Shown here piece by piece: positions 50,081 through 60,102 of a stretch of 64,000 nucleotides of DNA. Both the position numbers and the translations under genes were made by a program. Within the stretch, counting starts at the first letter, position 1, and each line of letters begins with the position of its first letter. The notes beneath the pieces are model-generated. The model saw only the letters and a program-made list of their open reading frames with translations. It was not told the origin of the DNA and ran no database searches. The stretch is from Octopus sinensis (lineage: Eukaryota). The stretch is from positions 61,256,001-61,320,000 of the forward strand of contig NC_043010.1 in the NCBI RefSeq assembly GCF_006345805.1, given 5' to 3'.

Positions 50081-51727
50081 GTGCAGTGTTTCAAGTCACA
50101 GACGATCTTTTCACTGACTGAAGCTCTGTGGTAACGTCTTAAGGCATGGACACACGGAGCATTTATCCGGAGACCCCACGGTTTACGCTTATAGAAATCC
50201 GTGGGGTCCCTAGGGAAATACTCAGCTTATTTACGTATGTTGTAGGTTGTAATCTAAGCAGTTTTGTAATACTGTTAAAGACATCCCTAGAGATACGGAC
50301 GAGGTCAATTAATTCTGAGCTGGTTTACTGTTTGGGACTGGCACATAGGTAGCTTTTAGCTATAGATCATCCTCAATCAAGCAGATGATCTATGACCAAA
50401 ACGATTCCATCCATGACCACCCTTTACTATCCGTTTTCATAAATTTTTGTTAACATTATGCAGGACTACATTATATAATGTGTCCTTGTACGATTTGAGG
50501 GAGATTCTGCGACTATTTCTTGGTGGGCGATCAAACATGATAGGCTCCGTCGTTAGTTCGTAGAGTGGTTTAGTCCTGTATCAGCCCTGATTGAGCAGAT
50601 TTTATGATTAAAGCCAATCCAACTGTGAGCACCGCGCCATTTTAGAGGAGTAGTACTGTATTAAACCAATGTCTCCTTTCCTTATTTAAGACACTTGAAT
50701 ACGATTCCAGGGAGATTTGCTTGTTACTTCTAATAAGTCGAGTAAAAGCTAACTTCTGTATTTAGTATTTTGCTGTTGTACACTGTTTGTAAATAACTCC
50801 TGGATGGTGAATTCAATAGAAGAGCCGGCTATCTTTTCTGGTCCACTAATTGTATCCATCCGTAACAGTGGACTGGCGGGCGATGTGGAATTGGATACCT
50901 CGTTCAATATCTCTTGGGGTAATATCTGTTTTGTCTGGTTTTGCATTGGCCGGATTGGGGTTTGTGGAGTTGTTTTGTAGAGATTGAGGTTGTGTCGAAA
51001 GAGCGAGGATAGTATTTGATGTTGCGTCTGTCGCTCTTATTGAATAAACCTAGATCAAGGCTGATCCATTCCCTCCATGACTACTCCACGTGTTGTTGTT
51101 TTTTTTCACACAGTGCATATAAAACTACATTATCCACTATGTTATTTTTTTTCTAAAACGGGAGGATGTGATTTGAGGGCAATTCAGCTGTTATATCAGG
51201 CAAGTTAAACGCTTATGTGGAGGCTTCTTCGTAGGTCCGCGAGTGGGTTAGGATAGTGTTTGCCGCCTATGGATGTTGTGTGAGTTGGGACAGTGTTTAT
51301 CAATGGCTCAGGACAATATCTAATATATGTAGACAACATCAAACATTGTATGGTTGCATCTGTTGAGTTCTCTCGGCTTTCAAACTGGAGATGATATAAG
51401 TGTTATGTTTTTCTTACTTTCGGTTAGCAGACTGTAACCATGCTGGAGCAATACCACCAGGGTTTCCTTTTTACCATATCAACCCTAGTACTTATTTCAA
51501 CCTGGTATTTATATTAGCAGTTTTATTTACCAAACTACTAAGTCCCAATTTTTCCACACAGTATTGCTTTTACAAAGACAAATGTATATTCTCTCACCCC
51601 CTCTCTCTCTCTCTTTAATATATATATATATCAACAGGCTTCTATATAGTTTCTGACGACCAAATTCCAGCCTTAAGAATTGGTGAATCTGAGGCTACTG
51701 TAAAAGACACTTGTTTGAAGAAGTAGC

Positions 51728-51760
<33 letters not shown>

Positions 51761-51951
51761 ACGATGAACTAAAAATACCGGTGTCAGTGTAACCGACTCA
51801 CCCCTTCTCTCACAATTTCAGGCCTTGTGCCTATAATGGAAAGGATTATTATTATTATTGCACGCTTCTATTTCTCCAACCCCCACATTGTACCGTTCCC
51901 AATGTATTTTTGTGAACCCTTAGTAGTAAACAAAGAAAGCGTTATTGACTC

Positions 51952-52236
51952 AGGCGGTGAGCGGGTAGAATCGCCAGCAGACCGGACAAAGTGCTGAGTG
52001 GCATTTCGTCCGTCCTTACGTTCCGAGTTGTTCAAATTCCGCCGAGGTCAACTTCCTCTTTCATCCTTTCGCGGTCGATGAAATAACAACCAGTTGAGGA
52101 GTCGGGGGTCGGTGTAATCGGCAATCCACCTACCCACCCATCCCAAATTTCAGGCTTTGTGCTTATAGTAGAAAAGACTACTATATATAATAAAAGACCA
52201 CTATATAATATAAAAGACTACTATATAATAGAAAGA
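51952..52236 (+). mobile_element. Degenerate SINE family B with a triplicated tail (AAAGACTACTATATA(TA)ATA x3)
   Basis: B-type central block at 52040-52090; three ~21-23-bp repeats at 52172-52236. Confidence 0.65.
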
Positions 52237-53030
52237 GTTGTCCAGGTATATAAATACGTATTCCAGTATACAAACATATACATTCACAAATATATAGTTT
52301 GCTTCTAAGAAACCATTCTATTTAAAATTGTTTTTAGAAAAATGGCGGCGGGGTGGTTACAAAAAGAATGTGTGTTGTGTGTGTGTGCAAGCATCTGACC
52401 GGGTGTATATTGTCTAAATGTGTATGCACGTCTGTGATTTATATTTTAATAGTTTGGTGTGAAGGCAGGGGCTGTTTCTTTAGCTTTTGCGAAGACTTTT
52501 AAGATCATCCAGCTGTAAATAACTGAGATCATTGTAGTTGCAATGAAGTAAAGACTGAATGAAGAGATGTGTGGACCAGCGGTTGTTGTTGTCGTTAAGT
52601 AAGGGTGATTAGGTGATGGTCTAGGGCTTAGGGGCAGGAGACCCCAGACCTTGGAAAGAAAAAACTTTGGTCGTCTTGTAGTCAAGGGCTCTTCGTTGAC
52701 GCCCGACACCACTGGGAGGTGGCCCTCGAAGTCGCTGGAAATGGAGATCTCCAGGTCCAAATTCTTGAACGACTGGACCAGAGGTTGGAGTGTGAGGGCA
52801 AACAACTTTATGCCAAACAACCAGGTGAACCTCTTTTTGAGTTCACTGTTTGATGTGTGTATGAGTATTAGCCTCAGCGTCTCAGATGTAGGGTCTCGCT
52901 TGAACTTGGTAATAGGTTAAAAGTTGTTAGAAGCTGAAGTACTTTCCCAACTTCGAAGAAGCCGGTCGGTAATAAATCTAATGAGACCTTTTTTGTGATT
53001 TTGTGGGTTTCAGTAGTATGTTGTTCATGT

Positions 53031-53550
53031 TTAAACCTTCAGCATTTTAAAGTGGCCATATCTAACCTACTTTATGTTGGAACTGGTCAGATCTGGTCTC
53101 TCATACCTATTCTACAATGTCATTCTAAAAATATATAATCACATGACCAAAATTTCAAAGCTATGACATAATGTATAATTAATTCAAAACAATTTGAATA
53201 AATAAGCCAGTGCTGGTGGCACGTAAAAAGCACCATCTGAACGTGGCCATTGTCAGCACCGCCTCGACTGGCTTCTGTGCCGGTGGCACATAAAAAGCAC
53301 CATCCGAACGTGGCCATTGCCAGCCTTTCCTGGCACCTGTGCCGGTGGCATGTAAAAAGCACCCACTACACTCACGGAGTGGTTGGCATTAGGAAGGGCA
53401 TCCAGCTGTAGAAACACTGCCAGATCAGATTGGAGCCTGGTGCAGCCTCCTGGCTTCCCAGACCCCGGTCGAACCATCCAACCCATGCTAGCACGGAAAA
53501 CAGACATTAAACGATGATGATGATGATTTGATAGAGTAATGTTTAGAGTT
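53031..53550 (+). mobile_element. piggyBac-like MITE interrupted by an RTE 3'-end insertion (53208-53527)
   Basis: MITE body up to ...AATAAATAAGC, then the RTE tail element ending (GAT)n, then MITE-end-like TTGATAGAGTAAT. Confidence 0.65.
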
Positions 53551-53634
53551 TTATGGAGTGTTGTATTGTTTTTTTTTTTGATGTTTGTGTATCAAACTTT
53601 TGTCTAACGAATGTGTGTTTTGTCTTTATTACAG

Positions 53635-53836
53635 ATCCGTAACTATGTGAATGTCCAGTGTCCAACCGGACTCTAAGAAATGTCCAACTCTGACATAACA
53701 TCTCAACACATCCACAGGAATTATTTCTCACTGACGTCGATATAAAACTGATCCCCACCAAACCATAAAGCTGGAGAAGTTTCCATCAGTATCCTTGACC
53801 CCCTTTCTCACCACTCCCTCCTTGCCCCAACTCATT
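53635..53836 (+). promoter_or_regulatory. 5'-UTR part of the ZNF-3 terminal exon with three uORFs
   Basis: Acceptor TTTGTCTTTATTACAG ends at 53634. uORFs at 53645-53650 (M*), 53651-53698 (15 aa) and 53680-53745 (21 aa). Confidence 0.6.
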
Positions 53837-56800
53837 ATGGAGACCCCTATGAGCAATGAAAAACTGATGCATGCTGATTTCTATGGTAAACAGTTTTCAC
53901 CAGCCCCAACTTTGCAAACGCAAAGAATAAGCCACATTTGTGACAAATTGATTCATACTGATATGTACGGGGTCAAAGACTTCCCACAAAGGCATAATCT
54001 TTCCATGCAAAGTATTCCTCACATTCTGGATAAACCTCTCTACCATCCAGAATTCGTGCCAAGGCATCATGGCTTCCAAATGCAGACCATTCCCTCCCAC
54101 ATCCCTGATAAATCGTTCCATCACAGCATGGTTACATATGCGAAAGAGTTCAGTCCAACACAGAACACTCTACCTTCGCCCAAACTGTTGACCCACATGG
54201 TTGACAAGTCCCCTGTTCATTCCACCAGCCCCCTACAGTCTAACAAACAGTTCCTCAGTCCCACACATTCTTCAGTACCACTACAGTCTCCTAAAATGCC
54301 TACAATGATGGACAAGATCTTTCCAGATGGTGGCCTTCTTGACAGTAGTGTGAGTGATGGTAAACAGTATTCTCACCCTCACAGATTGCAGTCGCCTATG
54401 GAGAAGAGTTACCATAGCAACGAGTCACATAGGAACAGCCCGTTGCCATGTGACAAGCAGCTGTCACACCAACTTGACCTGCAGTCTTCATCAAAGCTGA
54501 GCCCAGTGATGGCGAAACAATACTCTGACCCGATGCTTTACCACAAGTCTTTCTTGACGGAGAGTAGCCATCTTTCAGAGGCAAGCCGTAACCAATGCCA
54601 GGAGAACTGCCATGGCCACACTGTTGCCGGGGGTAACAACAGTGGGGGCAGCCATGGGTTACACACTCATAAAACTACTTCCGGTATGTCTGACAAAGCA
54701 TACCACCATCAACAACAACATCATCATCATAGCAGTGGCAGAAGCAGCAGCAGCAGCAGTAGTAGTAACAGTGGTAACACCCCCTCGTATATTCCGTCAG
54801 ATCACACCAACCCCTCTACACCGAAGCCCCCGGACAAGATGTACCCCCAGCACGGATCAGTGAGCATGTCTCCGAAGCTTTACTCTCCGAACCACCACAG
54901 CAATATGCAGCCACAGAAAAGCTACCTTCACAATATCATCACCAGCAGCAGTAGTAGTGGTAGTGGTAGTAGTAGTAGCAATAGTAGTAGTGGTGGTGGT
55001 GGTGGTGGTGGTGGCGGTGGTGGTGGCGATGGTGGTGGTGGTAGGGGTATGAACTGCAGTAATTCCATAACTCCTCCGACCATTACCTCTCCTAGTAGTG
55101 CCAGTGTCCCCAGCAGCAGTCCGGCCCCTTTGAGGACCGACAGCATTGTTGCTAAGCAACCCTACGAAAGCAGCATCCATGATGAACAACAGCAACAACA
55201 ACAACAGCAGCAGAAACATCACAAGCAACATCAGCATAAGCAACACCAACACAAACAACATCGACACAAGCATCACAACAAGCATCATCATCAACAACAA
55301 CAGCCTCAGCTACAACAACAACAACAAATACATGTACAACAGCAACAGCAACAACAGATTCAGGCACAACAACAAATACATGTACAACAGCAACTGCAAC
55401 AACAGCAACAGCTTCAGACGCAGCAACAACTCCAGGTGCAGCAGCTGCAAATGCAACAACAACAACAGCTGCAAGCACAACAAATACAACAACAACAGCA
55501 ACTTCAAGTTCAACAACAACTCCAAACACAACAGCAGCAGCAGCAGCAACAACAACTACAAGCACAGCAACAACAACAGTTGCAGGCTCAGCAGCAGCAA
55601 CAACAATTGCAAGCACAACAACAACAACAGAGGCAGCTGCAAGCGCAGCAACAACAGCTGCAAGATGAACAACATTCACCACAGCAAACACAGAAAGCGC
55701 ATGATCGCCATCAACACAAGCATCATCATCACCATCCACAACAACAACAACAACAGAAATCTCAGCAGGATCTACAAGAACAACAACAAGAACCGCAACC
55801 ACAACAACAACAATACAGCAGTCTACAGAACGAAACCTCAAAATGTTACTCGCAGAACAGCGATTCCCAAGAACAAAGGGAAGACAGCAGCCCTCCAAAA
55901 CAATCTCCCCACTTGCACCACCATCACCACCACCACCATCATCAACAGCACCATCACATTCATCATCACCATCATCATCACCATCTTCAAAACCTATCTG
56001 GGGGCTCCCTCCAGTCGGTAGGAGACACAAACCTAGATCTGAAAGATGTTACCAAAGAAGACCCTTGTGAGAAACCCTATGATTCTTTAACCTGTCAAAT
56101 GACGAACCCCCAGAATTGTTCCGAATCTCTTGAGAAGCTCTACAACATGGATAACGAAGTCAATGAGAAGCCTTCGTTGACGTTACTCGAAGGTACCGAC
56201 CAGATGTTGATGGTAGACGACAAGAAGCCGCTGCAGTCTATGTTGAACAATGAGATGGCTGGTACTGACAGGCCATCTTCATCCTCAGTGAATGCGCAGC
56301 GTTATCACTGTGACTTTTGTGGAAAACAGTTTGCACAAAAGTATGTGCTGCAGATGCACAGACGAACGCATACAGGGGAGAAACCGTTCCAATGCGATTT
56401 CTGCATTCAGCGGTTTGCTCGTAAGGACACGTTACAAATCCATCGAAGAATCCACACCGGTGAGACACCGTTCCAGTGTGACAAGTGCCCTAAACAATTT
56501 GCTCAGGCAGGGAAACTTCAGAAACACAAAAAGCGTTGCCATAACGGCCAGGCCAATTCTGTGACGGGCAACACTCAGAAGTCATTAACGCCTCGGTCAC
56601 AGAATCCAAAGAAAAGAATCTCCGTCACATGTGACATTTGTTTGAAACAGTTTGCTCATCGAGATTACTTAACGATCCATAAAAGGTCACACACTGGAGA
56701 GCGACCGTTTGGGTGTGAATTCTGCCCACAGCGGTTCACTCGCAGGGACATGTTGCAAGTCCACCGTCGGACTCACACTGGAGAGAAGCCTTTTGAGTGT

Positions 56801-57412
56801 CCCATTTGTTTCAAGCGTTTTGCACAGAGAGATAAGCTGCACATACACTCGAGGGTGCATTCAGGGGAGAAACCTTATAAATGTCAGTTGTGTTCGAAAC
56901 AGTTTTCTCAGCGTAACACCCTGGTTGGCCACTTAAGGTCGCACTCGGGAGATCGGCCATATCAGTGTGAAGTATGTTTGCGGAGGTTTGCCCAAAGGGA
57001 TTACTTACGGGTACACACACGATCCCACACTGGGGAGAAACCCTACGGATGTGATTTCTGCATCCAGCGCTTCTCTCGCAGGGACACATTGCAAATTCAC
57101 CGCCGTATTCACACCGGGGAGAAGCCATTCCGTTGTAACTTCTGTGGCAAAGAGTTTGCTCAGACAGACAAGTTGCGACGACACAAACGAACTCATCCCG
57201 AGTTGAAACAAGAGATCAATGCTGGTAACAACAACAACAAAGCCAACAATGGCAACACTGCAGCTGCAACTGGCAACTACGATAGCGCGGCAGCAGCTGC
57301 AGTCGCTGCAATTACAAGTGGCGTAGACAGCGACGGCAGTAAACCTATGTTGGTCCCAGTAAAGACTATTGATGAGTATTTACCTGTAAATAACTATTTG
57401 TGGCTGTTGTAA
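53837..57412 (+). CDS. C2H2 zinc-finger protein ZNF-3 (~1190 aa; 10 fingers; long polyQ/polyH/polyS/polyG region)
   Basis: Single open frame whose first ATG is at 53837 (the ORF track starts at TTG 53795). Ten C2H2 motifs at 56303-57196; Q-rich tract at ~55187-55813. Confidence 0.95.
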   Translation: METPMSNEKLMHADFYGKQFSPAPTLQTQRISHICDKLIHTDMYGVKDFPQRHNLSMQSIPHILDKPLYHPEFVPRHHGFQMQTIPSHIPDKSFHHSMVTYAKEFSPTQNTLPSPKLLTHMVDKSPVHSTSPLQSNKQFLSPTHSSVPLQSPKMPTMMDKIFPDGGLLDSSVSDGKQYSHPHRLQSPMEKSYHSNESHRNSPLPCDKQLSHQLDLQSSSKLSPVMAKQYSDPMLYHKSFLTESSHLSEASRNQCQENCHGHTVAGGNNSGGSHGLHTHKTTSGMSDKAYHHQQQHHHHSSGRSSSSSSSSNSGNTPSYIPSDHTNPSTPKPPDKMYPQHGSVSMSPKLYSPNHHSNMQPQKSYLHNIITSSSSSGSGSSSSNSSSGGGGGGGGGGGGDGGGGRGMNCSNSITPPTITSPSSASVPSSSPAPLRTDSIVAKQPYESSIHDEQQQQQQQQQKHHKQHQHKQHQHKQHRHKHHNKHHHQQQQPQLQQQQQIHVQQQQQQQIQAQQQIHVQQQLQQQQQLQTQQQLQVQQLQMQQQQQLQAQQIQQQQQLQVQQQLQTQQQQQQQQQLQAQQQQQLQAQQQQQQLQAQQQQQRQLQAQQQQLQDEQHSPQQTQKAHDRHQHKHHHHHPQQQQQQKSQQDLQEQQQEPQPQQQQYSSLQNETSKCYSQNSDSQEQREDSSPPKQSPHLHHHHHHHHHQQHHHIHHHHHHHHLQNLSGGSLQSVGDTNLDLKDVTKEDPCEKPYDSLTCQMTNPQNCSESLEKLYNMDNEVNEKPSLTLLEGTDQMLMVDDKKPLQSMLNNEMAGTDRPSSSSVNAQRYHCDFCGKQFAQKYVLQMHRRTHTGEKPFQCDFCIQRFARKDTLQIHRRIHTGETPFQCDKCPKQFAQAGKLQKHKKRCHNGQANSVTGNTQKSLTPRSQNPKKRISVTCDICLKQFAHRDYLTIHKRSHTGERPFGCEFCPQRFTRRDMLQVHRRTHTGEKPFECPICFKRFAQRDKLHIHSRVHSGEKPYKCQLCSKQFSQRNTLVGHLRSHSGDRPYQCEVCLRRFAQRDYLRVHTRSHTGEKPYGCDFCIQRFSRRDTLQIHRRIHTGEKPFRCNFCGKEFAQTDKLRRHKRTHPELKQEINAGNNNNKANNGNTAAATGNYDSAAAAAVAAITSGVDSDGSKPMLVPVKTIDEYLPVNNYLWLL

Positions 57413-58041
57413 GACACCAGCCAGCGCATGGGAACTGCTAACACGCATACAGGACATATATACGTACATATATGTACACACACATACACACCTTGAACGA
57501 CAGTAGAACTGTATACACTTTAATATTTTTCACAAGTGTTTATATAGATAATCTATAAGCAATCCTATGTTTTATTCTCGCCCCCCTCCCTCTCTCTCTC
57601 TCTCTCCTTCCCCTCTCCCCCCTCCCTTCCTTTCTGCCATCAGTGTGTATCAGACATGACATATCTTTGGATAAATATCCTCTCATTTTAGTAATTCCTG
57701 CTTCAAGATGCGGTCTATGGCCAGACTAGTTCCACCTCCACCACCACCGCCACCGCCATTCTTGTAGTCTTCTAGTCAAGGGAAGACAACTCAGATCGAG
57801 TGACCAAAATTTTATTTAAATCTCTGTTTATTTTGTTTGAGATTTGAAATAAGCTAAAAACGGTGGCTGAGCTAGTAATATCGTCATACGCCTTAGCAAT
57901 AACACACATTGCTTTCTATGACATCTTTGTACGCCTGACTAATTCTCAATGCATACTTTATATATATATATATCATGTGTGTATACATACATCTCTATCT
58001 ATCTTTTTACCTACCTGTCTGTCTATCTACCTATGTATGTA

Positions 58042-58174
58042 TATACATAAATATAAGAGAGTAACCACCATGTGGTCTACTCTAGCACTAAAAATAGATC
58101 CGCCAGGTTTCAGCGGATCTATTTTTAGTGCTAGAGTAGACCACATGGTGGTTACTCTCTTATATTTATGTATA
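58042..58174. repeat. Perfect hairpin: 62-bp arms, 9-nt loop (MITE-like, TA-flanked)
   Basis: 58042-58103 is the exact reverse complement of 58113-58174; loop CAGGTTTCA. Confidence 0.95.
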
Positions 58175-58272
58175 AAATGTATCGTAATCCGGTTTTTTTT
58201 ATGCACTAAGCCACTTGGTGTTAAATGGATGTACTATTAAATTAGTATCCAACTTTCTCACCCTCATTAGTT

Positions 58273-58334
58273 GATATATATGTATGTATATATATATATA
58301 TATATATGTATGTATATATATATATATATATATG

Positions 58335-58385
<51 letters not shown>

Positions 58386-58450
58386 ATACACAAACACACA
58401 TGCATACATATATATATACTCTCTGTCTCATACACACACATCTATATAGA
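58273..58450. repeat. (TA)n/(TG)n/(CA)n microsatellite
   Basis: Read directly from the sequence. Confidence 0.9.
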
Positions 58451-59710
58451 TAAATACTTCCAAAGCTGTTTTTATTTTCTCATTTCTACCCATAAATTCT
58501 CCCACTAAAACCTGTCCAATAAGTTCTGGTAATATCAAACAGTTCAATATTCTTCTTATTGATTTTCATTAAACCAAATACCCTACCCCACCCTACCCTA
58601 TTCCACCTACTGCTTCTTTTCCCCTCGTTATAAAATTATCCAATTTCTTTAAACATTAATTACAAAAGTGAAAAAAGATCCACCTGTTCGTTAGAGTTGC
58701 TTATTAGCTTATCTGTTGCTTTCATTGCTGACATCTTGCAACTATGACGTGACCACCACAGAAGAAACCAAGTGGATTGTGCCATGCCAAGTGCATAGAA
58801 TGGTGTTTTTTTTTCCTCCTTTTTTTTTCAACTCTGTCTCTTTCTTTGTTTTCCTTCCCTGCCTATATTTCCCAAAATGAGAGAGATCTTTGAAAATAGG
58901 TTCGTTTTGTCTGTCCGTAAGCAATATGACTCTCTAAAGTTTTAACTGAATTTTTAAAAATTATGTCTTTTGTTTATTTTTTCCAATATTTTGCTCTGGT
59001 GGGAAAAAAATGTCCTAAGTCTTCTTGGATTGTTGAAGACTGTGTTTTGTGTACCATGTGAAAGCTAAGCCATTTTGATGGAATCCGTCTCTTCTCAGAA
59101 TGCTCTCTGTCACCAAAACTCATTGATTATAATGTGCAACTACAGTTGATATGGATATGTCTTGAGTGGAATGGATTTAGCTTTTGAAAATTTGGATATT
59201 TTGCAAGTCAGTTGTTGAGGTAACTATTTTCTTGGTTGACTGTCCATTTTACAGTAATTATTTAGTTGTGAAAAATGGCTGACCTCTATTTTTATCTGGG
59301 ACTATTTGGAGCAAGCAGAGTAATATCTAGTGAACCATTTCCTATTTATTTTTGTTGTAGCAAGAATCCCTTGCTACTCCCCTCCATCCCCATCGTTCTT
59401 TATAAGTTATTATGTCACTCAGTGTTTGTCTACAAAAATCTTTTATATATCAGTAACAGTTAAATTATGCTGCACTGGTGAGGTCCAATAAGAGTGAAAC
59501 ATGTCTGGAGTTATCACTACATTGCCAAAGATTAGACTCACTCCTTATTCCACAACATATGTTTTATTTAAAGTTCACAATTGTGTTCTCTGTCTCTCTT
59601 GACTTAAGCTAATCATTAAAATAATGGCTTTTTTCCCCTCGTTAAGTCTGTAATTTTAATTAATTAACATTTCTTAGCCCACTAATAGTATATTAATAAG
59701 TATATTAGTT

Positions 59711-60102
59711 ACTCTTTTACTTGTTTCAGTCATTTGACTGCGGCTATGCTGGAGCACCGCCTTTAGTTGAGCAAATCGACCCCGGAACTTATTCTTTGTA
59801 AGCCCAGTACTTATTCTATCGGTCTCTTTTGCCGAACCGCTAAGTGACGGGGACGTAAATACATCAGCATCGGTTGTCAAGCAATGCTAGGGGGACAAAC
59901 ACAGACACACACACACATACATATATATATACATATATACGACAGGCTTCTTTCAGTTTCCGTCTACCAAATCCACACACAAGGCTTTGGTCGGCCCGGG
60001 GCTATAGCAGAAGACACTTGCCCAAGATGCCACGCAGTGGGACTGAACCCGGAACCATGTGGTTGGTAAGCAAGCTACTTACCACACAGCCGCTCCTGCG
60101 CC
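59711..60102 (-). mobile_element. SINE family A, intact
   Basis: Near-identical to 25379-25782. Confidence 0.9.

Noticed and set aside
54857-56030. Antisense and alternative-frame ORFs (poly-L/V, poly-N/S) over ZNF-3
   Set aside because: They are expected by-products of CAA/CAG/CAT repeats in the true frame; there is no independent evidence for them.
58199-58508. YI-repeat ORFs downstream of ZNF-3
   Set aside because: They are translations of the (TA)n microsatellite.
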